Of a stretch of 64,000 nt of DNA, positions 38,230 through 51,949 are shown in pieces. The notes beneath the pieces are model-generated. The model worked only from the letters and a program-made list of their open reading frames with translations. It ran no database searches and was not told the DNA's origin. Origin of the DNA: Stegostoma tigrinum. Taxonomy: Eukaryota. Made by a program: the position numbers and the translations under genes. The stretch spans positions 7,048,497-7,112,496 of the forward strand of contig NC_081387.1 of NCBI RefSeq assembly GCF_030684315.1. The letters run 5' to 3'. The number at the start of each line of letters is the position of its first letter. Within the stretch, counting starts at the first letter, position 1.

Positions 38230-38850
38230 TTGCCTTCAATCGGGAAGCCGCCGCATTGTCGAACCCGTTACACTCACCTAGTTCCACGCGTGTTTCACCG
38301 TTCACGTCTCACTTTATGCAGGGAAAAAATGTATCAACATTTTTAAAACTGTATTCTCACGAAGCTGCCTCTGAGATTCCGTTACGAAGAAATGTTACTA
38401 CTCACTACAGAAGTTACCGGAATTGAATCGTATTTCCGGCATTTGTTGTTTTCTTTCGTATTTAACTTTCGTGAATCTTGAGACGTTGATTCCTGCCGGC
38501 CTCCCCCCCCCCCCCCCACACACACACACACACACACACCGCCGTTCGGATCCCTCGTCCCGCTTTTGGGAAACACTATACCGATAAATGCGACGCGTTC
38601 TGTGGGGAGTGGTTCGGAGAGGGGCACATGGAATTTGATTTGTCATGATCTCGTTCCTGAAATCAGTTTTTTTTTCCCCAGGGTACGTGTGATATTCATT
38701 GACAAATTCACCGTGTTCCAGCACAGGTAGGCGAGGGTACTGGCGGCTATACCGGGCAATCATCACCTTTCGGCAGTTTTACATCGGCAGAGCAGAGCAG
38801 GAGAGCAGAAACTGGCCATCGGAAATCCGTTAGACGATGAAAAAGCTGCT
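38230..38850. promoter_or_regulatory. CpG-rich promoter-like island with ETS motifs and a minus-strand splice donor
   Basis: Local CpG retention in a CpG-depleted window; CCGGAA/TTCCGG at ~38417 and ~38434; minus-strand AG|GTGAGT at ~38272-38279. Confidence 0.45.
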
Positions 38851-39662
38851 TCCAAATGGACGTCTGTATTTAATATTGTTTTGTCTCCCCTAATTCAATC
38901 CGCACAACAGCAGTAACTTTACATGGTGTTTGCAATCTCTAGAAACAACTTACAGCAGTCTCTGAATTCAATAACTTAAGACGAGAGTCTTGTGAAGGCA
39001 GTTAAGAAAGTGTGGAACTGAATGAACACGGCAGGCCAAGCAGCATCATAGGAGTAGGAGCAGGAAAGCTGACGTTTCGGGCCTAGATCCTCCTTCAGAA
39101 AATGGAAATATTGCCAGCTAGGAGTGGGGAGAAATGGAAAATAATAACAAAACGGTCTCAGTTCTGTAACTCGTGAGGGAAACTTGTGTTCGACTGACCA
39201 AACGGAGAGAGGGCACTTTTTTTTCGGGACCGAAATTGCTGGAGGACGCCCAGCAGTTGGCAATGCCTGTCGAGAGAAAGCAAAACTAATATTTCGATTC
39301 TAGTAACCCACATTCAGAATTGTTCCCTTCACAGATGCTGCCAGATCTGCTGAATTTTTCGAGCGGTTCTTTGATTTTGTTTTAAGTCAAATTATTGTTC
39401 ACCTTTCTTTCTCCTTTGAGATGCTGTAAGGTTTCCAAAACAAAAACTAATCTGTGTGACTGAAGGAACTTCCGTTATTGCACATCAGGAAAGAAAGTGC
39501 AATATTGGTTTCAGAGCAATGCGCATATTATCTTACCGATGCAATGAAAGGCGGCAACGATAGCAAGGAAAGCATTGTCATCGATAACAAATATTTACAA
39601 AACATAAATCTGTTTGTGAGATGCCGATGATCGATCACTCCTAGAGGTTACTCTTTATGTGA

Positions 39663-39736
39663 GTTTTTGTGGTGCAATCGGTTAGCGCGTTCGGCTGTTA
39701 TTAAAAAGGTTGTTGGTTCGAGCCCACTGCTTGGTT
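39663..39736 (+). pseudogene. tRNA-Asn (GTT) pseudogene
   Basis: GTGGTGCAATCGGTTAGCGCGTTCGGCTGTTA...GGTTCGAGCCCAC matches tRNA-Asn D arm, anticodon and T arm. The 3' anticodon stem and 3' acceptor stem are broken and there is an internal T5. Confidence 0.85.
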
Positions 39737-39892
39737 ACTTTTGTCAACTATAATGCAAAAGTTGTCACGAATTTTTGTCCACTCCATTCCCACGGAAGTT
39801 ATCCACAAACTTTGTCAGCACGAATGTTATCTAGTAAGATTAATTATCATTTAAAAGACCTCAGAACATAACCAATTATCAATTCAGATCCC

Positions 39893-40062
39893 TATCTCCC
39901 CACCCATACTCTCCTCTGCACCTATCTCTCTTCAGTCCGCCTCCCCCTCTCTCCCTATGTATTTCAGAACCCTCTCCGCATCCCCCTTTTCTGATGAAGG
40001 GTCTAAGCCTGAAACATCAGCTTTTGTGCTCCTGAGATGCTGCTTGGCCTGCTGTGTTCATC
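39893..40062 (+). mobile_element. PLE F1 3' UTR fragment
   Basis: ctgatgaagggtctaagcctgaaacatcagc... ending at the family endpoint ttatc. Confidence 0.8.
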
Positions 40063-41116
40063 CAGTACCACACTTCGTTATCCATCGGGTATACTGTTGT
40101 GTTTTACATTTTAACTTGTGTTGTAGCAAATGATGTATTTAGGTCAGGCAAATCAGGGCTGGACTTAATGGGAAGGTCCACAGGAGTGTTGCTGAACGAA
40201 GAGACCTTAGAGTACAGGTTCATTTTTCCTTGCAAGTAATGTCCCAGACAAACAGGATTGTGAAGAAAACGTTTGGCATGCTTGCATTTATTGTGCAGTG
40301 CATTGAGTATTGGAGTTGGGAGGTCATGTTCTGGCTGTACAGGGCATTAGTTTAGCCACTTTTGGAATATTGAGTGCAATTCTGGTATCCCTTTTCGGGA
40401 AGGATGTTGTGAAACTTGAAAGAGTTCAGAAATAATTCACAAGCATGTTCCCAGGATTGGAAGTTATAGGCAGAGGCTGAATAGGCTTTGGGCTACTTTC
40501 CATGGAGCGTCAGAGGCTGAAGGGTGACACTATTGAGGTTTATAAAATCATAAAGGTGCATGGATACAGTGAACAGCCAAGATTTTTTTCCCTGGGATGG
40601 AGGAATCCAAACCTCGAGGGCATAGGTGCATAAGATAACAATGGCATTCAGATTGCTCAGCCTTCTAATCTATTCACTTTATTCTCTTTATTTTTCTTTC
40701 TTTGATTTTAATGTTTTGAATAGTTAATGTTAAAACATCATACTTCATTTCACTTTAAGTAACAGCTTATGCAGTGACAGGGTGGCTTCTGCAGTTCTTT
40801 TCTCAGCCCTGGTGTGGTGTCCTTGTCTTGGATTGATGGTCTCATTCCAGCTGTGTGTTGTGTGTTTTGGTCGGCTTCCCCGAGGGGTAGCCATTAAATG
40901 GACAGTGATGAACTTTTGTCTTCATTTTTTAATGTTACTTATGGCTTCTGTTATTAATACAGGCACCGTGGTAGGGTGACTTTTAACAATTTTCATAAAT
41001 TTACAATTTATTTGGAAAATATTATGTGGAAATTTATGTTTAAGGTGAGAGGGGAAAGATTTTAAAAGAATTGGAAAGGTAACCTCTTCATGCAGAAAGT
41101 GGTGCATGCATGGGTT

Positions 41117-42476
41117 GAAAAAAAAAACCATAGACCTGTGGATGCTGTAAATCAGGAACAAAAACAAAGTTGCTGGTTAAGCTCAGCAGGTCTGGCAGCA
41201 TCTGTGAAGGAGCAAACAGAGTTAACGTTTTGGGCCCAGTGACACTTCCTCAGAACTGATGGTGGCTGGGAAGATGTCAGTTTATATGCAGAAAATAAGA
41301 ATGCGGATGGGGTAGGGAGTAACCGATAGGATACAGCCCAAAGAGAGAGAAAGACGGTTGGACAGACAAAAGGACCTGCTAACGATCAGGCTGGGAGGGT
41401 GAGTAGTTGTTAATGGGGACAGTTAGTGACTAACAACAGGGGGATGTGTAATGGCAGGGTATGTGGTAACAAGGCCTGGTGTGTGGGGTTGGGGCACTGG
41501 GACATGGGGGAGTTTAGGCCCTGAAATTATTGAACTCAATATTGAGTCCGGAGGGCTGTAGGGTCCGCAAGCGGAAAATGAGGTGTTTTCCGCCCACCTT
41601 GCATTGGTCTTCGCTGGAATGTTGCAGGAAGCCAGAGACAGAAATATTGTGCAGGGGCAGGGTGGTGCTTTAAAAAGTGGCAGGCAACGCGTAGTTCAGG
41701 GTCTTTTTTGCAAGCAAAATGTAGATGTTCTGCAAGACAGTCACCAAGTCTATGCTTTGTTTCCCCAGTGTAGAGGAGACCACACTGTGAGCAGCAAATG
41801 CAGTAGCGCAGATTCTGGGAAGTGCAGCTGAAGTGTTGCTTCACCTGGAAGGTATGTTTCGGCCCCTGGATACTGGTGAAGGAAGAGTTAAATGGGCAGG
41901 TGTTGTACCTTCGCCAGTTACAGGGGAAGGTGACATAGGGCTGTGGAGGGGTCAAGAAAGTGTGGACCAGGGTGTCCAGGAGGGAGTGGTCTTTGGGGAA
42001 GGTGGACAAGGGAGGGGAGGAGAATATGTGCCTGGTGGTGGCATTTCACTGGAGATGGCAGAAATGTTGTCTGATGATATTCTGGATGTGGATGCTGTTA
42101 TGTGAGGATATGGAAAATCCTATTGCTGTTGTGGGTGGGAAGCGAAGGGGTGAAGGCGGAAGTGTGGGAAATGGGTCAGACCTGGTTGAGACCCCTGTCG
42201 ACAATGGATTTTGGGACTCCTCAATTCAGGATTGTCAAAGTTGGCCTGATCTGAACATATGCGACCGAGAAAATGGGAAGGAGCCTTTACAGGAAGTGGG
42301 GTGTGAGGATGTATCGTCTAGATAGCTGTGTGAGTCAGTTGGTTTGTAGTGGATATTAGTGGCCAGTCTATCCCCAGAAATGGAAACAGAAATGTCAAGG
42401 AAGGGAAGGGAGGAGTCAGTGATAGACCAAGTAAAAGTGAGGGCAGGTTGGAAATTGAAGGCAAACTGATGAAGTT
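41117..42476 (-). mobile_element. PLE family F2, RT end plus GIY-YIG plus 3' UTR, inserted in CR1
   Basis: LPFLDI..YKPTDSHSYL and CTSQNLRYCICCSQCGLLYTGETKHRLG; hammerhead remnant at 41219-41258. Confidence 0.9.
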
Positions 42477-42599
42477 TGTATGGAATGAGTTGCCAGAGGA
42501 AGTTGTCGATGTGGGTACAATTATAGCACTTAAACACCACTTGGACAGGTATATGAATAAGAAGGAAGCGTTTAGAGGAACATAGGGCAAATGCAGTAG

Positions 42600-44110
42600 G
42601 CTGGTGTTAGTGTATCCTGATAGCTAGTTTTCTTCCTGTCTGGCTGATGTAATTAATGTCTCCCTACTGGGCACACCTACATACAACCTAGCTTAGGACC
42701 TACAACAAAGACTGAAACACCTGGTCGACACATCACCAGACTCCATCCACTCAACCCAGGAATTTATTAATAACCTCAAGAACATCAAAATCAATGATGA
42801 TGAGATTATGGTATCCTTTGATATTAAAACGCTATTCACGTTAATTGATATCCCATGAGCCAAATAAACACTGACCACATTACTACAGGAAACAGGAAAG
42901 CTGACTGACAGGTCCATCAGCAAGGACAAAATACTCAGACTACTGGATGTATGCCTCACTACATATTTCACCTTTAATGACCAAGTATACAAACAGACAA
43001 ATGATAAATTCATGACTTTCATGACCTTCAGGACTTCTTGTAGAGGCAATCACATGGATTGGAATGCATGACTCTCCCTGTCATACAGCCAAAACTGTGG
43101 ATACCATACGTAAACGACAAATTTGTCACCAAAGTCACTAAGTTAGGAGAAAGACACCACCTCATCAATAACATTCACTGGGATCAAATTCACAAGAGGA
43201 AAACAACAATCAGCTTCCGTTCTGTCTTGACATCTCAGACGGATGGCCAATGGGGAAATCCAAACCATAGTATACAGGACGGCAATCTACACTGACCAAA
43301 TCCTCAGTTTCCATAGCAAATCATCCCAATGTCCACGAGTAAACCTGTGCAAGGACATAATTAAATGAACTACAACCCGCTACAAAACATCTCGGCAATA
43401 AGGAGGAAGAGCACCTGTAAAAGTTCTTCACTATCAATGCGTACTCCACCAACTTTATCTGCAGATGCCTCCTAGATAGACAACACCAAAAGGGCACAAT
43501 ACAACCTCATACATTTGGCCACATTACTGTATGTCAAGAACATATCAGAACTGATAACGAGACTCCTAAGACCACGAGGAATCAGGAAAGCACATAAACC
43601 CACAGTCAAACTATGACAAACACTTACAAGGACTAAAGACCCCATATTCATGACATGCAGGACAAATGTAGTGTCCAAAATACAGTGCAAGGACTTCCAG
43701 AAATTATATCAGTCATACAGGAAGGAAATTAGCCATCATGATACATGAACACCAGCTAACAGCAAAACTACACACCTTACTTTCATTTCAGCACACTCGG
43801 ACAATGAAGGCCATCAATTTAACTGGGACGACGTGACCATCGTAGTCAAAGCCAACAATAGACACTCGAGGCAATTACTGGAGGCCTGCTTCTTTACCCA
43901 TAATTCAATCAATAAACACATGGAATTAGACCCCATAGACAAATGTTTGCTAAAAAGAACCGGAAGTGATACAAAATACCACAACAGACGGGATCATATA
44001 AATGCTAAGCAGAATAGAATAACATTGCTTCAGCGGAGGCAACACTGATGATGTTAGCTAGTATGGTGACAAAACATCTGAACTACAACCAGCCTCCTCT
44101 GCGGGCAAAA
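42600..44110 (+). mobile_element. PLE family F3 (Poseidon-like) RT plus GIY-YIG, decayed, with short inverted 5' piece
   Basis: MVSFDIKTLFT and YVNDKF (YVDD-like) RT motifs, RQLLEA endonuclease motif, hammerhead remnant ctgatgatgttag...gtgacaaaacatc near 44045; 42600-42655 is inverted relative to ~43700-43757. Confidence 0.85.
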
Positions 44111-44534
44111 CAAATGTCTGTCTGACTGAAAGCTTTACAAGATGCACAATACCGGTATTTCACTTGAGATAATGAGCCCATTTTTTCAATGATAGCACAA
44201 ATCCCCTGATTCTAAACAAAAATGGTTTATGGCCTCCCATCATCTCGGTGGAAAGTATTAAAATGTAATAACGTGACAAAGCAGGCTACAATGAGAGGAA
44301 TTTTCCAAGAAGTATTTCACATATTAGGAATCAACATAGGAAGTAACAACAATGAAGGCAGGTCTGTGGTGGAATATTACCAAACTGGTTGGATGAGTGC
44401 AGTTCCAACAGCATTTAAGATGCCCAAGTCCATCCAGGGTAAAGCTACAACCTCAACCACCCAGAAGGACAATGCAGAGTACAACAGAAGTTCCCATCCA
44501 ATCCACATACGATCCTGGCTTAGAACGTCATCAT

Positions 44535-45740
44535 AATTACTGGGGAAGGAATATGTAAAGGGATTGCATGTTCACAGTAAAGAGGAGGCAGCTGGAGTCT
44601 ACAAACTGGAAGTTTTGAAACTTGCATAACGTGTCAGGTGAAGCTCAGAAGTATGTGGGCAAGGATTAGACCAGGACAGAGAGCTTTGAGTCAAGTTAGG
44701 AAGAAAAGAATTATATAGGGCAGAGCAGGCTGAAACGTTGGATTTGCCCGGACAGTCCTCTTTGTGGATTTTAGGGCAGGGGTAAAACAGAGCTGTGTGA
44801 GTTTGGGGACCATCAGCTTGGAAGCAGTGGAGGGAGGTCACCAGACGAAATGAGATCAGGTACTCTGGCAGATACAATGGTCTGATGTGTCATGGTGAGG
44901 TCATTGTGCAGGGGAACCCACCCGCTTACAACCCCACAGCACCTTCTCCTGCAACTGGAGAAGCTGCATTACCTGCCCATTTAACTCCTCCTTCTCCACT
45001 ATCCAAGGGCCCAAACATAACTTCCAGGTGAATCAACACTTGACCTGTACTTCCCAGAATCTAGTCTACTGCATTCGCTGCTCACAAATGTTGTCTCCTG
45101 TACATTGCGAAAACAAAATATAGACTGAGTGATTGCTTTGCAGAACATCTATGTTCTGCTCTCAAAAAAGAAGCTGAGCTACCTGTTGTCTGCCACTTTA
45201 AGACACCACCCTGTTCCCCGGCCAAAATTTTTGTCGCTGATTTTTGCAGTGTTCCAGCGAAGTCTAACGCAAGCTGGAAGAACAACACCTCATTTTCCAC
45301 TTGGGGACCCTGCAGCCCTTCGAACAATATTGAGTCTAACAATGAAAACGCTTCCATGTCCAAGCCCCCTAACCCACACTCATCAGGCCTCGTTATCACA
45401 TAGCCTGTAATTACACACTACCTATTGTTATTCACTAACAGTCCCCATTAAAAACTACTTACGTTCTTAGCCAGATCATTATCACTCTTTTGTCTATCCA
45501 ACTCCTCCTGTCTCTTTGGGCTCTATCCTATCATTTACTGCTTACACCATCCTCCTCTGTTTTTTTTCTGTGTATAAGTCAATGTTTTCCCAGATAATAT
45601 CAGTTCTGAGAAAGCGTCATCGGTCCTGAAATGTTAACTCTGATTTTCTCTTCACAGATGCCGCCAGATATGCTGAGCTTTTCCAGCAACTTCTATTTTT
45701 GTTCCTGATTTACAACATCTGCCATTCTTTTGGTTTTTAT
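44535..45740. mobile_element. PLE F2 with inverted RT piece (minus) and GIY-YIG/3' UTR (plus)
   Basis: PKIHK RT motif on minus; CTSQNLVYCIRCSQCCLLYIAKTKYRL on plus; 3' UTR complementary to 41117-41540. Confidence 0.85.
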
Positions 45741-45744
45741 CTAC

Positions 45745-47070
45745 TATTTCACTCACTGCCACATGTCTTCTTGGCAGGCCAGCCTTGAAGAATTTCTGCT
45801 CCTCTCTCCGACGGGATTTCTGTTCCAATCTTTCTTTTTGTAAACCAACATTAATTTCACTGTTAGTCCTGCTGTTTGAACAAGTTTTTGCTGAAACTCA
45901 TTTCCACAGCCATGTCACATTCTTCACTGATTGCCTTTGGCCCAGACTCACCCCTTATTGATTGCAACTGGTTTCATCCCTCAGTTTTTGAATCCACCAG
46001 GATCGCAGATATCTCCATGATGTTCAAAGCTCCAAGGACAATTGCTCTTGTCGGATCATGAGATCCACACTCAATGCAATGAGGTGTCAAATGCACTCTC
46101 GAAACTTCTCTCCAACAGCATCACAACACACTGGCTCAGGGCTGTACCACTCACAATTCTACTTTAACCTCAGGCTCATTTGCCACACAAACAAGAAACT
46201 TGTCCTTTCCTCTCAGGCATCAAGATACAGAAGATGCAACAACTCAAAGATACCCACAGCTCTTTTGAATCTTCCTCTCCTTCCCTTCCCTGTGACTCCA
46301 TCCCATCTCACAAGCCCTCTTCCTGACAGGTATTCACCATCCCTCCTAACTTCCGCTCTCTGATGCTGAACGATCTGTACTTAGCGAAGACCTCAGCTTT
46401 ATTCCACTGCATCCCCACCTTAACGAATTTTGCGCACATGACGTGAACTCTCCTCTGCTGTCTTCACCTCCGAGCCTATTTCTTTGGACAAGAGTCCTTT
46501 CTCCATCCCACGGACACCTTCGCCCACTTCCAACACTGTCCCTTCACCTGTACCCCTCCGTCTTGCCTTTTAGCTGCACTCGATCTATTCATTGAGACTG
46601 TGGACCTGATATCGGTCACGTCAATTTCTCGCCCCCCCAACTCTCACCAAATCCCACCTATTTCCCTCCGAACTGACTGCGCTCTGTGCACTTAGATCAT
46701 AACCTAACTTTGTTATTCAGCCTACTGATTCGGGTGATGCTGTTGTAGTCTGGCGTACTGGCCTCTACATTTCAGAGGCTGAGCACTAGCTCTCAGATAC
46801 CTCCTCCTATCTTCCCCTTGACACTCTCAAACCAGGCCTTATCATCAAATGAACTGTGACTACGCCATTACATTATCAGCTACTAATCATCCCCATTAGC
46901 AGCTATTGATTCTCCCAGGCTGACTGTTACTCATTCATTTCTTTGCCCTGCTGGTGTGTTTTCTCTCTGGGCTCATTCACCACCTATCATTTACTCCAAC
47001 CCCTTTCCTACACCTTCTTGCTTTAAACTTGTATGCCAAAACACGTCCCGATTTCTTTCTTGCATTTATT
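45745..47070 (+). mobile_element. Decayed PLE N-terminal ORF region plus 3' UTR
   Basis: PTDSGDAVVVW (PADKGxAVVVW-like) near 46720-46753; F2-like UTR 46830-47060. Confidence 0.6.
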
Positions 47071-47084
47071 CTGGTTGACCTTGC

Positions 47085-48063
47085 ACTCCTCAAGGATTCA
47101 GGATCCAACTTCCATGCATACTTAGGTTATGTGAAGAGTGAAGAAATGCTTCACATGAACTATTAGAGACCTAGGAAGCAGAGTAGAAGTTGTTTAGTGC
47201 TGCACTTGGGGTTTCAGTGAAGGAACTCGGCAATATTTGTAAAAGCTGATAAAAGGCAAAACAATAGGAAAGCAATTATCAGACAAGGATCCATGTCAAC
47301 TTTAATGTTCATGAGTTGTAAATTTGATTATTTAATCGAATTCACTGGAAAAACTCAATATGTTTGACATCATTTATAGGGAGATCAGTTCTGAAGTAAA
47401 GGTCACTGCACCCAAAATGGTTGCGCAGGTTTTCGCTACGCAGATGCTGCCATAACTAATGAGATTTTTCAGCAATTCTTGATTTTCTGTCACTAATGTT
47501 AGGACCTGAGTACAATCTCCCATTTCCTTACCCCAACAACCATAAAACAGGTCTTGTCAACAAATGAGCGACCACATATTGATTCTTAGCAATACCTTTT
47601 CCTGCTAAACAGCTGGTCTCTCCCTCTCTGGGCTCAATCTTCAAGTATCATTTATTCCTCCCAACTTCCTCTATCTTTTGTCTTCAGCTCACATAATAAA
47701 TCCTTCCTCACTACAATCAGTCCTCCAAAAGGGTCACTGGACCCAAAATGATAGCTCTGCTGCTGTTCCGTGGGTGCTGCCAGGCCTATGGAAATAATTT
47801 TCAGCAAGTTTGATTAAATAATCAAATTTACAATTCATAAACTTTAAATGTAATAGCGATCACTATCTTGAAACTGCTTCTGCAACAATTTCCTTTCAAT
47901 CTGCTTTCTTTAACAAATATTATGGAGGCCTTCTAATGGAGTCTCCAATGCAGCACTAAACTTGTACACTGCCTCCTTGGTCGTTAATGTTTCACACAGA
48001 ACATTTGTATACTCTTTAAATCACCCAAGATTGTAATGAAATCAGGTTCCTGGGCCCTTGCGG
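47085..48063. repeat. Diverged ~270-bp inverted repeat (47085-47355 / 47797-48063)
   Basis: ttgtaaatttgattatttaatc vs gattaaataatcaaatttacaa; tttagtgctgca vs tgcagcactaaa; aatatttgt vs acaaatatt. Confidence 0.8.
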
Positions 48064-51000
48064 CATATCAGGACAGTAGGAATGCATCCTAGAGGGAAAT
48101 CAGGAGGCCAAAAAGGTGCCATGAATTAACTTTGGCAAATACCATTAAGAAGAATACAAAAAGATTCTACAAATACATTAAGGTCAAAAGATTAACGAAG
48201 GAAAGAATATGGCCACTCAAATATCAATAAGGTTGTCTACATGTGGAATTGCAGGAGATATTTGAGATATAAATGAACATTTTGCATCAGTATTTACTGT
48301 GGAGAAGGATATGGAAACTAGAGAATGTGGAGAAACATATAATCACAGAGAGCAAGAATGGCAGATGCTGGATCCAGAGTCAACACAGTGTGGAAGTGGA
48401 GGAACACAGCAGGGCAGGCGGTATGAGAAGAACAGGAGAATCAACGTTTGGGGCTGGGACCCTTCATAAAAGCTGGGGAAGGGGAAGGGAGCTGGGAAAT
48501 AGATAGAGGGAGGATGGGTGGGGCTGGGGAAAGATTGGTGTGATGTTGATAGATGGATGCCAGTAGGGAGTAGTGGGGACTATTCAGTCGGAATGGTGGG
48601 GTGGATAGGTGGGGAGGAAGATGGACAAGTTGAGTCAGGTCAAGGAGGCAAGAGGGAGGAATGGTGCTCTGGGAGGGAACGTGGAATGGTGATCAGTGAA
48701 TGCAGAAAGGGGGTAGTAGGGATGGATCAGTGGGAAGAGTGGGGCAGATAGATGGGACAGAAGATGGACAGCTTGTGTCAGGTCAAGGAGGCAGGGATGA
48801 GGGGGAGGTTGGACATGGGATGAGGCTGGGTGATGGGAGTTTGTAAAACTGGTGAATTATATGCTCAGGCCTTTGGGCCATAGGCTTATGAGGTGGAATG
48901 TGAGGTTTTGCTTCTCCAGTTTGCAGGTGGTATCATTGTGCGCTGGAAGAGGCCCAGGGTGGGCATGTCATCTGTGGAGTGGGAGAGGGAGTTAAAATGG
49001 TTAGCAACTGGAAGGTTTTGTTGATTATTGTGTCCAGAGGGCAAATTGTCCAAGAATCAACCCCCAAGTCTTTGCTTCGTCTCACCGATGTAAAGGTGGC
49101 TATATTGGGAGCAATGGATACAGTCAACCATGTTGGTGAGTGTACAGGTGAACCCCTTTCAGATATGGAATGTTTGTTTTGGGCCTTGGAGGTGAGAGGG
49201 GAGGTGGAGGTGCAGGTGTAGCATTTCCTGCAGTTCCAGGAAAAGGTGCCAGGTGTGGTGCAGCTAGTGAGGAGTGTGGAGCAGACAAGGGAGTCATGGA
49301 ATGAATGGTCCCTACAAAAGACAGATAGGGGTGGGAAAAGAAACATCCCTTTGATGGCAGGGTCGGATTGTAGATGGCAGAAGTGGCAGACATGCTAAAT
49401 GCCGAATTGGTGGGGCAGTATGTGAGGACAGGGGTATTCTGTATTTATTTTTCTTGGGGAGAGGTGGTTTGAGGGTGGAGGTGCAGGAAATGCAAGAGAT
49501 GCAGTTGAGGGCACTTTTTTGATCAATGGAGGGGGGATGTTGCAGCCCTTGAAACAGGAGGACATCTAAGATATTCGGGAGTGCAATGTTCCATCTTGGG
49601 AGCAGACTTGCCGAAGGTGGTGGCATTTGGAGTAAAGGTTAACATTCTTCAGGAGGGTGGGTGAGAGGAGGTCTAGTCCTGGTAGCTATGGGAGTTGATC
49701 GGTTTGAAACATACTATGTTATCTTGCAAAGTGTCCATATTACAGAAGATGTTGCGTTGTACAACTTAAGATGCATAAAGGTGGATTAATGCATTTCTGA
49801 AGAAGGGTCCTGACCTTAAACATCAACTTTCCTGCTCCTCTGATGCTGCCTGGAATGCTGTGTTCCTCCAGCACCACACAGTGTTACCTCCAATTCCAAC
49901 ATCTTCAGTTTGTACTATCTCTTAAAGTGCGTAAAGTTAGATTAATCCCTTGGAGCTAATCGCATGTCTCCCAGAACTTTGTGGGAAGATAAAGAAGTAG
50001 TTGTTGGGCTCATTGGTGAGATCCTTGTATCATCACTGGCCACGGAAGAGATTCCAGAAAAACAGATAGTGGCTAATTTGGCCATTACATCTGAAATTTG
50101 GTGGGGAGATGCCAGGAAAATCTTGACTGATGAGTCTGACATCAGTGTTAGTTGCTGGAGGAGATTCTGAAAGACAGGATGTACATGTATTTGTAAAGGT
50201 TAAGACTGAATAGGGATAGTCAACATAGCATTGTGTGTGGGCAATTGCGCCTCTCTAACTTGATTGAAGAAGCAGCAAAAAAGGATCGCTGAAGGCAGAG
50301 TGGTGGACGTTGTCAGTATGGGCTTCAGCAACACATTTGACAAGGTTCTGCATGGTAGACTGGTGGGCAAGGTTAGTCACATGGAGTCCAGGGAGAGCTA
50401 GCCAATTGGATAAAGAATCGTCTTGAAGGTTAGAGAAAGAAGGTGGTAGTGAGGAGTTGTTTGATGGGTCCAAGGCTTATGAGCAATGGTGTGCCACAAA
50501 GATTGGAGCTGGGTCCAGTGTTTTTCATCATTTATAAAAATGAGTTGGATGTGAATAAAGGAGGAATGGTTCGTAAGTTTGCAGATGGCAAAAAAAATTG
50601 GTGGGGTAGTGGACAATGAAGAAGGTTACCTCAGAGCCAACAGGATTTTGATTGGATTGACCAATTGACAGTGAGTGGCGCATGAAGTTTAATTTAAATG
50701 AATTTGAGGCACCTCTGCAATCAAATACCCTTCCCCCAATAAAAATAAAGACAGAGCTCCCCCAGGTCTTCACATACCACCCCACTCACCTCCACATCTA
50801 GTATATCGTCCTCCCCCACTTTTCCCACTGACAATACGACCCTACCACCATAGAGATATTTAGTAAAGCAAAAGCACAGAACTTATACAGTGATGGTAGG
50901 GACTGGTGCACATTTCCAAACAAAGAGGATCAACTTTCCTTGAAGGTAAATTCACATTTAGAGCAGTGAGGAACAATTCAGTACACTTGCCTTTATTGGT

Positions 51001-51580
51001 CAGTTTATTGAGTTTCAGAGTGGGGATGCCATGCTGTGGCTGTACTGAACATTAGTTGTGCCACTTTTGGAATATTGCATTCAATTCTGGTCATCCTGCT
51101 ATGGGAAAGATGCTGCTAAACTTAAAAAGGATGCAAAAAAGATTTACCAGAATGATGCCAATGCTGAAGGTTTTCACCTATAAGGATAGGCTGAAGAGGT
51201 TGGGTCTATTTTCCCTAGAGCTTTGGAGTATGATGGGTGACTTTGGAGAGCTATATAAAATCATGAGGGGCCAAGGTCCAATTTACTATGGTAGACAAGT
51301 CCCAAACTAGAAGGCTTAGGTTTAAGATGAGAGAGGAAAGATATTAAGAGCACCTAAAGGGCAGCTCCTTTCTTCCACACAAAGGGAGGTGCATATATTG
51401 AATGTGCTGCCAGAGGAAGTGAAGGCTCATATAATTAAAACCAGGAAGTGTTCCAGAACAGGAAAATTTCAGAGGCATATGTAAAAATTCTTGCAAATAG
51501 CACTAGATTATTCTAGGATATCTGGTCACCATGGATGGGTTGGACTGTAGGGTTTGATTCCATGCTATACAACTCTATAA
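48064..51580 (+). mobile_element. Decayed CR1 ORF2 with several PLE insertions
   Basis: KFADD-like region at ~50575, QKRFTRM..RLKRLGLFSLE, CR1 3' UTR. Confidence 0.8.
48345..49710 (-). mobile_element. Older PLE (F1-related) RT end plus GIY-YIG plus UTR, inserted in CR1
   Basis: CRKCYTC knuckle, frameshifted VY..YIG region, purine-rich UTR and tail similar to 6831-7200. Confidence 0.85.
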
Positions 51581-51949
51581 CTGTTACGCATTGTTTGATT
51601 ACTTCATTTGTAATCATCCCTAAAGACCATTTTTAGCACCTGTAAGTATTTCCAAGGTTATCAATGCACAATTAGAAATAAAAATATGAAAGAAATCAAA
51701 ATATTCAAGCAAGCCTGTCTTATTAAAGTTTTGCCCATTTGGCTCTGATTTCCTTTTTATGACCAAAGTAACTTGAGTTATCTTTTTCAGAATTTCATCA
51801 TACTTCACACAAGAGTTCTGCTTTATGATGGGAAAGCATATGTACCAAAAAAATTCAGCCAAGGATTCTGTAGGAAGTGAATTTGGATATTGCCAAGGCA
51901 CTTGCCATGATCTTTCAGTTTTCCTGGGACTGCCACTAAATAATGAGTG

